Shown here: positions 21,901-32,572 of the stretch, piece after piece
Layout: every line of letters starts with the position of its first letter
How positions within the stretch are numbered: position 1 is the first letter of the stretch
Origin: Azolla caroliniana
Lineage: Eukaryota; Plantae; Polypodiophyta
Assembly (NCBI GenBank): GCA_043228905.1
Contig: JBHGNT010000011.1
Coordinates: 7,502,001-7,566,000, forward strand
Direction of reading: 5' to 3'
DNA length: 64,000 bases
The notes under the pieces: generated by a model
Seen by the model: the letters and a program-made list of their open reading frames with translations, nothing else
Database searches by the model: none
Told to the model about the DNA's origin: nothing
Made by a program: the position numbers and the translations under genes

Positions 21901-24748
21901 GGCTCGACCCTCAGTTATACCAGCATCAGATTCACTTGAGCAAGGACGCAAAACCAGTGCCACAAAGACGGTACCGGATGAATCCCAATTATGCCGCCAA
22001 AGTCAAGGACGAAATCAACAAACTGCTAAGAGTTGGCTTTATCCGTCCGGTAAAGAAAGCGACATGGCTGAGCCCGATCGTAGTCATACCGAAGAAGAAC
22101 GAAAAAAATCGAGTTTGTGTGGACTACCGGAAACTCAATGCGGCTACGGTAACGGATGCGTTTCCACTTCCGTTCACAGATGGAGTGTTGGATGTCATCG
22201 CCGGCCATGAGGTCTATAGCTTTCTAGACGGATTCAACGAGTACAATCAGATCCGGATGCACCCTGACGACCAAGAGAAAACGGCTTTCGTCACCGAATG
22301 GGGGGTGTTTGTGGCCATGGTGATGATGTTCGGACTCAAAATGGCACCGGCAACATTTCAACGAATCATCATGGAAATCTTTGGTGAATATATCCCAGCT
22401 TTTATGCAGGTTTTCCTTGATGATTTCGTCGTCTATAGCCGGGAAGAGGACCATTTTCAGCACCTCTCTTTGTCTAGAAAAGTGTAGAGCGTACTGGTTA
22501 AGCTTGAATCCAGTGAAGTGTGTATTTGGCGTGTCCAGTGGAACCCTACTAGGACTTATTGTGAGCCAGGAAGGCATTGCAATCAACCCGGACAAAGTGA
22601 AAGCCATATTAGAAGCATCGGCGCCGGCAACGGCAAAGGCATTGAGTCGGTTCTTAGGCCAGATCCGGTGGCACAGCCAGATGCTCCAATACTTGGCCGA
22701 CCTGGCTACACCGTTGCATGCAGCGGTACATCGAACACCATTCCAGTGGACCGACACCGAGGATAGGGCGTATAGGGCCCTCAAGGTACTATTGTCGCAA
22801 GCACCGGTAGTGCAGCCTCCGGATTGGAGTAAAGAATTTCATGTGTTCGTGGACGGCTCCAACATCGCAATCGGAAGCGTACTGATGCAGCTTACGGAGC
22901 CAAAGTGGTACCGGCCAGTGTACTATGCCAGCCGAAAGCTATCCCAAGCGGAACGGAACTACTCTACCACGGAACGGGAAGCTCTAGGGATGATCTACAG
23001 TGTGACAAAGTTTCGGCATTATTTATTGGGAAGGAAGTTTTCCTTCCATGTAGATCATTCGGCACTCCTCTACTTGGTGTCCAAGGCGTCACTCACCGGT
23101 AAGTTGGCCCGGTGAACCTTACTGTTACAGGAATTCGAGTTCGAAATATTCCACCGACCCGGTATACAGCATGCCGTAGCGGATTATTTAAGCCGATTAG
23201 AGTCCGAAGAGACGGGCGACGGAGTAGCAGACGAGTTTCCGGATGCGGAGCTGTTTCGAGTCACTAAGGAAACGGCAGCAGATGAGACGGTGGCACAGGA
23301 AGACAAGTGGCTCACAAATATGCACCCGTTTCTGAGCACAAGACTGCCTCCGGAGGAGATGAATCGGGACGAAAGGAAACGCCTGGCGGTGCAAAGCCGA
23401 CATTTTTGCTTACTGCGAGACACACTTTACCACAAGGGCACGGACGGCATATGGAGACGGGTTGTGCGCAGCGATGAAAAGGACCTCATACTGAGGGAAG
23501 CCCACTGCGGAGTTGCCGGAGGTCACTATGCCGGAGATGCGACGGCCAGGAAAATATGGCAAAGTGGCCTATGGTGGCCAACTACATTAAGAGATGTTGT
23601 ACGGTACGCAAAAGAATGTGACCTATGCCAGCGAATGGGCCAGCCAACGGAGCAAGCTCGGATGCCACACCAGCCTGTACTACCACTCAAACCATTCCAG
23701 AAGTGGGGGCTGGACTTTGTTGGACCGTTCAAACCACCGGCAATGAGAACAGGTAATCGGTACGTCATCGTCGCGACGGATTACTGCACGAAATGGGTGG
23801 AGGCCAAAGCCTTAAGAGACAACACCGCTGCGTCAACGGCAAAATTTCTATACAAATACATCTGGTGCCGTTACGGATGCCCAATTGAATTAATAAGCGA
23901 CCAAGGGGGGCACTTTCTCGACCAAGTAGTTGAAAGCCTGACGACATTCTATGCCGTTGTCCATAAACGGAGCACACCGTACTATCTGCAAGCAAACGGG
24001 TTAGCTGAGTCGACGAACAAAACGCTCCAGAATATCCTCCGGAAGATCGTCAACGAAAACCGAACGGATTGGGATAGCAAGCTACATAGCGTGCTTTGGG
24101 CATACCGGACAACATACAAAACGAGCATCCGAACAGCACCGTTCCGGTTAGCGTTTGGACTAGAGGCGGTCATGCCGGTGGAATTCCAAGTACCAAGCTT
24201 ACGGATCCAGCTACGGGAACGGCTGAACGAGAAGGAGTCGGAGGCAATACGGTTAACAACGTTGTGTGAACTCGAGGAACAACGACTGGCAAGCATCCTG
24301 CACTTAGAATTGGAACAACGGTGACAGAAAGCATTTGTCGACCGGCACAGGAAAGGAAATGCAAAAAATGTTCGAAATCGGCAAGCCGGTCTTAGCATTT
24401 CAGACCCGGATGGGCAAGATGCCGGGTAAACTACGGTTTAGATGGACCGGCCCGTATTGGCTGACACATGAGTATAAAGGGTCCTACCAGTTAGGGACAC
24501 TTGTCGGCGAAGTGCTAGGCAAATGGGTCAATGGATTCAGATTGAAGCCATATAGAGGACCGATGCCCAAGAACCCATTTGAGCAAAGGACCGACACCGG
24601 ATCAGGAACCGGTGCGGAAACGGCAACCTGTGAGGGAAACGGCAACCACCAAGACGGAGGAGACGACAAGCCGGTAACAGGGGAGAATGAGGCGACGGCA
24701 AACCGTAATGAGGCCGGTAAGGGTCCAATAGGACCAACGGACAAGTAA
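18942..24748 (+). pseudogene. gag-pol polyprotein, originally one ORF, with multiple stops and 2 frameshifts
   Basis: CCHC knuckles, protease VIDGGSGVN, RT VCVDYRKLN..FLDGF..VFLDDF, RNase H HVFVDGS..NYSTTEREAL, integrase WGLDFVGP..LISDQG..NGLAESTNK, WTGPY module, no chromodomain. Confidence 0.95.
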
Positions 24749-24857
24749 CCTGACACTACATTTAAAAAAATAAAATAAATAAATAAAAACTAAATAATAA
24801 AAAATAAAAAATAATAAAAATAATAAAAAAATAAAAGAAAAGAAAAGCGAAGTAATC

Positions 24858-27540
24858 ATGCAAAAGCAAGGTATGAACGGACGATAGAGCGAGGAGCGAA
24901 AAGGTACGTAGTGGGAAGCCGCCAAGAAATGGCTAAAGCAACACAGGCTCGAGGGCTTCTTGACGATTATGGAGGTACCGCCACACAAAGAAGCCAACAA
25001 GGTGATCAAAGAAATCGACACAGAGGTCATAACGGCGGAGGCGATCTGTGCGTTAACAGGCCTTCCGGAGGGAGGCATATTCACGATCGACAATCCGACC
25101 TCGGAGCAACTCATCAAGTATTTTGGTGAGTACTCCCTAGCCAGCAAGGGCTACCGAACACAGGGCGGTGGAGATATGTTGTTCTGCGAGATTGCCCGTG
25201 TGCTCCACGAATACGGCCATGTATACCCTAGACCCCCTGTCATGTTGCAGAACCGGGCAGGGATGATCATCGCCACCTATGAAGGGATCAAGGTGGATTG
25301 GTCGGTATTGATCGCAGACGGTTTGTGTGCGGCGATCGAGACCCCAAGGACTGCTTCCAAAAGACAACAGTTGTTGGCCTCTAAGGCCACTAAGGGGAAG
25401 GCGGCGGACGTAGAGCAGGCAGGAAAGGAGAGCGCCAGCCGGAAGCGGCCAACGGATGCGCAGGAGGAACCACCGGTACAGCCCATAAAGATTACACTCC
25501 GCCGACCGGTGAATAGAGAAGCGGACCCCTTGGCGGCAAAACTCAATGTCAGGACTCAGGAAGAGGAAATAGAGGAGGAGCCTATGGAGCACCTCCAGTG
25601 ACGGTCGTCGGCAAGGACCGTTGAAGCAGCCGAGAAACGTTCGGACCCTCAGACGGAGGGAACACCGGCTCCCCATACTGAGACTCCCACGCCAAGGGAG
25701 GAACCAGAACCGGTGCGCATGGCACCACCGGCAAGTCCCATTCTGCCAGAGCCGGAAAGGTCAATGCAGCCTCCCTCAGCCAACCAAGAAGAAGCGCAAG
25801 GGGAACCAGGACAGCAGGGTGGTCCACGGGCAGAAACGGAATTGCAACTCGGCGCAATCAGGCGGGACCACCCACCCACAAGCGAGCCCATCCGTCAAAC
25901 CTCCATGCAAACGCAACAACAATGCACCGGTACCCTGTGGCTCCGGTGGATAGGCGAACAGATTGTCGGAGCAGTGGGGTATATTGAGGCGGAAGAACAA
26001 GCGCAAAGCGAACGGTTGCTCATCACAACCGAACAACTAGAGACAGCCCGGTTCAGAATCCGGTGCCTTGAAAAAGACTTGGATCAGGTCACGGCAGAAA
26101 TGGCCAAAATGGCCAAAATGGCCTTAACGGCAACACAGATCCAATCACCAGTGACTCCGGTAAGTGTAAAGAATAAAGAAACAGACCAACCTGTACATAC
26201 TAATAAGACCCCGGCAATGGAAACCGTTCCAAAGAGAGATGCGGCGCAAGCCCAGGAGCTTGCGGAATTGAGAGATGAACTTGCCGCACAAGAAGCGCTA
26301 AGGAGCCATGAACGGGAATTGAAGACAGTGGCCGAAGCAGAATTAAAGAAGACTGCTGAGAACCTCCGCCGGGCAGAGGAGAGCCTCCGGAAAGGCCATC
26401 AAGCTTACGACTGGCTAAGGGAGGAAAAAGACAAAGTGCTGTAGGAAAAGGACAAGCTACGGAAGACGGCGGAAACGGAAATTGAACGGCTAAAGGAGGA
26501 GCTCCGCCAGCAGAAGGACCGCGAGGACCAGGCCCGTCGACAGATCAACGTACGGCTCAAGCAAAAGACAGATGATTTTGAGCACTTGCACCGGGACTAC
26601 AAACGGCTGGAAACGGAGCATAAGGAACGGATGGCCGAGCTTCAGCAGGAAGTTGATCAGGCCGCGACGGCGCTCGCCGACGAACGAGCGGAAAACACAA
26701 GACGGTTGGACGAGGCGGAGAAAGTCCGGATGGAGCTCTAGAGTCAGCAACAGGAAGAAAGGGAGAGAGCGACAACGGTATTGCAAAAATTACAAAGCAC
26801 ATATCAAAGGCAATTGACGCATTACAAGGAGCAGGCGGAAGACAACGTCAAAATCATCAAGCAATTGAAGGAGGAACGGCAAGCTACGGAGATCAAATCG
26901 CAGATGGGAACGGGCCAGATTCAGTGCATCCTCCGGGCATGGCTGAATCAGACAAAACGCTTGATTGACGAAAGCTCCGTAAGATGGTGGACAAAGTGGG
27001 CACAAAATACGGCGGGAACTCCAATTGCTACGGGCAGACGTGGAAAACCGGCGAAAGGAAGGAGATGATTGTTACACGTTGACTTCCGAGGACTTCACCG
27101 CCATATGGGACGAGCTGGCTGAAGACTTCCAAGTCCTAGCGGATGAACAGTTGGTGCAGGTCCGGCAACTCGTAGCTCAGCTAGACGATGATAGGCTAGA
27201 CGCTCAAATCTAGTTTGAGAGCTACGAGTGGTCCCGGGTTCGTGAAGAAAAAGCACGGGAAGCGGCAACGGTTAACCTTAGTGATGAGGAACCGTCGCCG
27301 GCCGAGGGCCAGGCCGGAACCAGTCAACCGGAGACCACTACGACGGAGGGAACAACGATGGAAACGCCGGTGTCAGAGTAACAAACGGAGGAGCAGCCGC
27401 AGCAGCCACCAAAGGACCAATCACAGCAGCCACCAACGGAGCAGCAACAGCAACCACAACAACAACAACAACAACCAATTCCAGATGAACCATTGGAGAC
27501 TCTCGAACAAAGCATTCTGGATATTTTGGACGAAGAATAG
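24858..27540 (+). pseudogene. Extra sense ORF (~890 codons): plant-transposon-protein/Athila-ORF-like N-terminal domain, acidic Pro-rich linker, long coiled coil
   Basis: ORFs 24960, 25713 and 26781 are in frame with ATG 24858; AICALTGLPEGG and EGIKVDWSVLI motifs; ends SILDILDEE*. Confidence 0.75.
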
Positions 27541-27595
27541 CAAGGGTCGGATGGTGGATTCGACGTACAAGGTACTGTCCCACGGGCGTGCCATG

Positions 27596-28030
27596 TGTTA
27601 CCGGCCGGCAAAGTAGTCCAGAGTGTGAAACGAAGGAGTTATTTAATTATTAAGGAATGGTTATAAGTAAGCTATTAGTGTGGACGGACGGGCCGGAATT
27701 GGTATGCCATTCCGGATCCGGACCGATCCCGAACAGGTGCGGATGGCACCGTTTTGTACTACAAACCGGAAACCTATTTAAAGGCCCAGATACAATGCAA
27801 TGAGCAGCGGATAATTAATGAAGCTTAGTGTTGTTATCTCTCTGTGTTAATTGCCGTTCTGCATTCATTGTTATATCTTACGCGTGTGATTATTAAGGAC
27901 GATCTTACTAAGTAACCTAATTAAGTCGGATTAATCGTTGAGCCTAATCCTCTTGCCGTAACACCCCTTTGGTGAAGTGTCTTCCGTAGACACCTTGTGT
28001 TAGGCCATTGTCCGGCCCTAAGAGTTAACA
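27596..28030 (+). repeat. 3' LTR, gypsy family C
   Basis: Direct repeat of 18454-18888, followed by TSD GAAAA. Confidence 0.97.
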
Positions 28031-28035
28031 GAAAA

Positions 28036-29260
28036 ATCGTATTGGGATCACAAGGAGAAGGAAAGGAGTTCATCCGGTAACAGACGAAGCTCAAAGAGGT
28101 GCAAGAGGAATTGAAGGAAAAGAACGAGGCCTTGTGGTCACATGAGAAATTTTTTGAGGAAACGAAAGAAAAGATGAGAGAAGAAGTTGTCGCGGAAAAG
28201 ACGAAGTTGCTGGAAGATCGGGTCTGGTTGATTGAACGCTCCAAAGAAGTGCTAAGAAATGTCCAAACGACATATCAAACTTAGCTAACGATAGATCAAG
28301 AGGCTGAAACAGGAGAAACAGGCCCATGGAAATAAGATAGAGATGGGCATAAAATGAATCCGGATAATTGTGGAGAACCGGCAAAAGCGGATCACAGAAA
28401 GGCTTGAAGAATGCTCGGTTGCGATATGGAAGGAATGGTTGGCACAGGTGGCAAAATTACAGGTGCTCTGAGCATATGTAGGGAATAGGGCGAAAGTTGA
28501 GGATAATCTCTACAAGATGGATGAAGAAAGCATCATCACAATTTGAGAAGAATTATCCGACGATTTTCAAGCAATGGCCAAAGTACAAACAAACGAAATA
28601 TCTAAGATTTTGGAAGCATTTGAAGATAACTAGCTGCAATTGACACTGGACTTGGAGGCATATAAATGAGAAAGAGTGAAGTAGAGGAAGAAGTAGATTC
28701 GTGAGAACCAAGCTGATTCAGGTGGAACTATGTGATGAAGAATGACCGAAGGACGAAAGGGAGCAAACACAACCGGAACAACCAAGGAAGTAGGAGCCGA
28801 TGCAGCAAAGGATGACTGAGAAGGACGCACCGCAAACCGTAAGAGGTGAACAACAACAGGCGGAGCTTCCGGAAACTCAAGCACAAATGCAACCGCAAAC
28901 GAAAGAGGAGGAATTGGCACAACAGAGTATGCCACTAGACCAAACGGCAGACAATCAATAGAGTATATTGGACATTTTGGAGGAGAACTGAGGGCGTTGT
29001 TCTGACGTGCAAGGCACTATCCCATGGGTGTGCCAGGTGTTGTCTAGTAAAGCTAAGCCGCTGGAGTCAAAGGACGGAGAGTTGAATCCAGACGAACTGT
29101 GAACCGGATAAAATCAAAACCGGAGAATATTATAGAAAAGAAGTAATTAGCAAATGAAACGTTGTAATATATTAAGAAAAGATATTATGAGGTGCCGAAT
29201 ATAGGAAGTTGTACGGATCCAGATAAACATTGTTTTGTATCAAGAACCAGATACCTATAG
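28036..29260 (+). mobile_element. Rest of the host gypsy C element: extra ORF C-terminus and start of its 3' LTR (29038)
   Basis: Coiled-coil remnants ending SILDILEEN* at 28991, the same pre-LTR hairpin as 27571-27592, then TGTT. Confidence 0.7.
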
Positions 29261-29526
29261 AAGAGGTTTGGTGTCGTGGTAATCCACATGTATGTGACGG
29301 AACGGGGCGGGACCACCGGGGTCCTAAATGAAGGAGCCAGTAAGAGAGAGTGAAGGGTTTAACCATACCGTTTCCGGTTAACTTCGTTGGCACATGGGAT
29401 CAAGTGTGTATGCTATCTAGGGACCGGACGTGTCGAGGACCGCGAGCAAGGCATGAAGACACCAAGTGAAGCCGGAAGCAAGGACCTTCAACGACAGACA
29501 CCATGATCCGACCTCAAGTTGAGCTT

Positions 29527-29970
29527 GAGGGGGAGTGTTGAGCGGACAAGCTCAACATGGTCCAGATCAGTTGAATAAGCCACAGCTGGATCGTAATCCA
29601 GAACGAAGAACCAGATCGGTGTCCGGAACGAAGAGCCAGATTTGCATCCAGAACCAAGAGTAGGGTTGGTGTTTGGGATGGAGAGTAGGGTCGGTGTTCG
29701 GATCAGTGCGAACCGGTAGGTTGTTAGAGGCCTACAATCCTAGCCTAATAGATAGGCATATTTTTAGGAGTTAGCAGTAGAGCTCAGTTATGAGCATTGA
29801 AGTACTTGTCAGTACTTCTATCAATCCTTTTAAGGACTTGTATAAAAGTTCTCTCTGAGCACATTCGATGTACAAAGTATTGAGTATTTTTTCAAAATAG
29901 ACGTTGCGTTCTACTCTCTCTCTCTCTCTCTTTCGTAATTAGCTTACTCTAGTGGTAAAGATTGGCATCA
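29527..29970 (+). repeat. PPT and diverged 3' LTR of a copia family A relative (opposite orientation)
   Basis: GAGGGGGAG then TGTTGAGCGG at 29536; matches the reverse complement of 49320-49360; right end uncertain. Confidence 0.75.
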
Positions 29971-30199
29971 TGTAAAGGGAAAGTTGAAGGGGAAATCACT
30001 GACTATGCAAAATAATAGTTTGCCCACTACTCGTCATACTACTTGGCAAGGTACTTGAAGAACAACGGAGGGTCCTCAAAACGTTCCTTTGCAATGACAA
30101 TTGAGGGATAAGGGATTGCTCCTCCAACTTTGATTTGATTCATTGGCTGTAAATTCATCAAACCCTCGTGGTTATCGTCAATTGAGAGGACCTAAACAA

Positions 30200-30960
30200 A
30201 AGTTTTTGGTACACTACCCTAAGGATATGGTGCATGAAAATCCATATGCAGTATTGGAACATGCTTTGACTAGTTTCATGGCATTGGTTACTCTGACAGA
30301 GCAAGTGCACCCATAACATTGTTGATTGAATGAAAGTGGTAACATGGAATGTGAGAGGGGCATGTTCTTCTCATAAGAAGTATATATTATGGTCAACTTT
30401 GTTGAGTAGAGAATGGGATGTATTATTTGCAAAAGGTCTTCATTTGGAGAGTTTTGATTGGGAGGTTGCCTATAGGATTGGATGTAAAGCGATGTGGACT
30501 AGCAATGGGCAATAACTTCTTTTGCATTGTTCAAATGGAAGATAGTACTCATTATTTCATATAATGTCTGATTGATTGGTGTTTATGGGGTCAGACATTG
30601 TTTTTACAAGTGACTAGTAATCTTTTGTATCATTGCTCCGTTGAGTCTCTTCGGTGGATATCACCTAAGGCTGAAGAAGAATGTAAAATACATAACGCTG
30701 ACCATGTATGGTGGTAGGTCTTAAAACATAGTTGGCATTCTAAATTTCCACTAGTAACAAAGGTCTTCATTTGGAGAGTTTTGATTAGGAGGTTGCCTAT
30801 AGGATTGACTCTAAAGCGATGTGGACTAGTAATGGGCAATTACATCTTTTCCATTGTTTAAATGGAAGAGTACTCATCGTTTCATACAATGTCTAATTGC
30901 TTGTCAGATTTGGAGTTACATTTCTCAAATTTGGCAAGTTTTTTATCACACCATTTTTTG
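30200..30960 (+). mobile_element. Degenerate L1-type LINE remnants (ORF1 end, APE endonuclease start, duplicated zf-RVT region)
   Basis: NPYAVLE near 30240, MKVVTWNVRG at 30330, KVFIWRVLI(G/R)RLPIGL at ~30433 and ~30760. Confidence 0.65.
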
Positions 30961-32010
30961 ACACCAAGACAGTGGGTGTTTGCACAATTCACACGTTGAC
31001 CCAAAATCAACGATATTTTCCTATTTCTGAAGTATTGGAGATTGCATCATAATTGGGATATGCGCACTGCTTTTGTTTTTTATGGTAGGCATGGAGTCAA
31101 AGCATATCTAGGAAAGTTGAAGGGAGTTTTGTGACAAATTTCATTATTGGAGCAAGTGGAAATTCTTTCCTCAATGGAGTGTTCGTCTTGCCTATTGGCA
31201 TTCAAAAAGTTTCACTATCCATGTAATTAGTGGATCACCATACTCTATTGTGCTACCCATTGTAAGTAGTGTTTTCCACATACATTTATTAATATAATTG
31301 TGTGTTTTCACCAAAGAGAGAGAGAGAGAGAGAGAGAGTGTGTGTGTGTGTGTGTGTGGAATTGCCTTTGGGTATGCAACTAGACACTAAGTTTAATGTG
31401 AAAGAAAGCTCATTGGCTTATATACGAAATAGTTTAGATTCACTTTTGAGCGATGGTTTTAAGGTTGTGTTTACAATAGAACAAAACATTAAACCATTGT
31501 TTTCTAAGTTTATAAATCGAGATCATGTTGTGTGGTTTGATCCTCAATGAAAAGATTTATGACATCGTCATTGACACTTTTACCACAATATGCAAGAAAA
31601 GGCACCATAACTCTTCAATTTAAAAAGGTAATCGTTTGAAAGGACAAATATATGGGCAAAAGCAAAATAGAATTGGGAGGGGTCAATATGCGGAGAAAAT
31701 TTGAGGGTGGGTATTCTTTAAAGGGCAAATACATAATGGGACGCGGAGAAAATTTGAGATGATGAAGAGTGCAGGGTATTCAATAAAGGGAAAATAAAGG
31801 GACGATATGTATCTACATGAGAAAGATAGAGAGATTTTATTATCAATCGGTCGTCCTGTATGGGAGATAAAAGGTGACGCAAGAAGGAACCAAAGCAAGC
31901 AATGAATCGGAAAAGCTAATGAGTGGGATCGAATAAAAAGGGCAGAAGGCAATGGCAATGGGACATGGGGAAGGGTGAGGGGAGAGATGCTACGCTATGA
32001 AGGGATGTCT

Positions 32011-32043
<33 letters not shown>

Positions 32044-32320
32044 GAAATAGAGCCAAATGAGGTCTAATTGCCCTCGTGTGTGAAGAGGGAAGGCCCACCG
32101 GCCGGCCGGCCGACACAGCCCCTTTCCCCCCGATTTATGTCGGAGTGTGTCCTTGGAGTGGGTGGGGGGGTTTGTTCCAACGACTCATACATGTACATAC
32201 CATACGGTATACCATACATTACATTACGTACATACACATATATATATATGTACATACATAAGCTTTTTCTTTTTTCCTCTTATGTTTGTCTCTTATCACG
32301 TTAGAATTTATCATACATAT

Positions 32321-32355
<35 letters not shown>

Positions 32356-32426
32356 ACTAATGAGCGAGCATAAGGAATCGATCGCGCGCTCCCCCCTGCC
32401 TCCTCCTGCTCGTCTGCTCGTCTGCC

Positions 32427-32533
32427 ATGGCTTCCAAGCGATGGATTTTGCGCCTGAGAGAGGTAATATTGTAATACTACACCATTGCTTTCCACCCTTC
32501 TCTTCTCTTTGTGAACTCCTTTATGTACATATC

Positions 32534-32572
<39 letters not shown>

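Larger units (their letters stand above)
18454..28030 (+). mobile_element. Full-length non-chromoviral Ty3/gypsy element (family C), 9577 bp, with extra 3' ORF
   Basis: Two 435-bp LTRs (18454-18888, 27596-28030, about 21 mismatches by manual count), 5-bp TSD GAAAA on both sides, PBS-like TGGCGACCAC at 18896, gag-PR-RT-RH-INT order. Confidence 0.97.

Noticed and set aside
24858-27540. Retroviral env gene
   Set aside because: No signal peptide or transmembrane segment evident; composition is charged coiled coil
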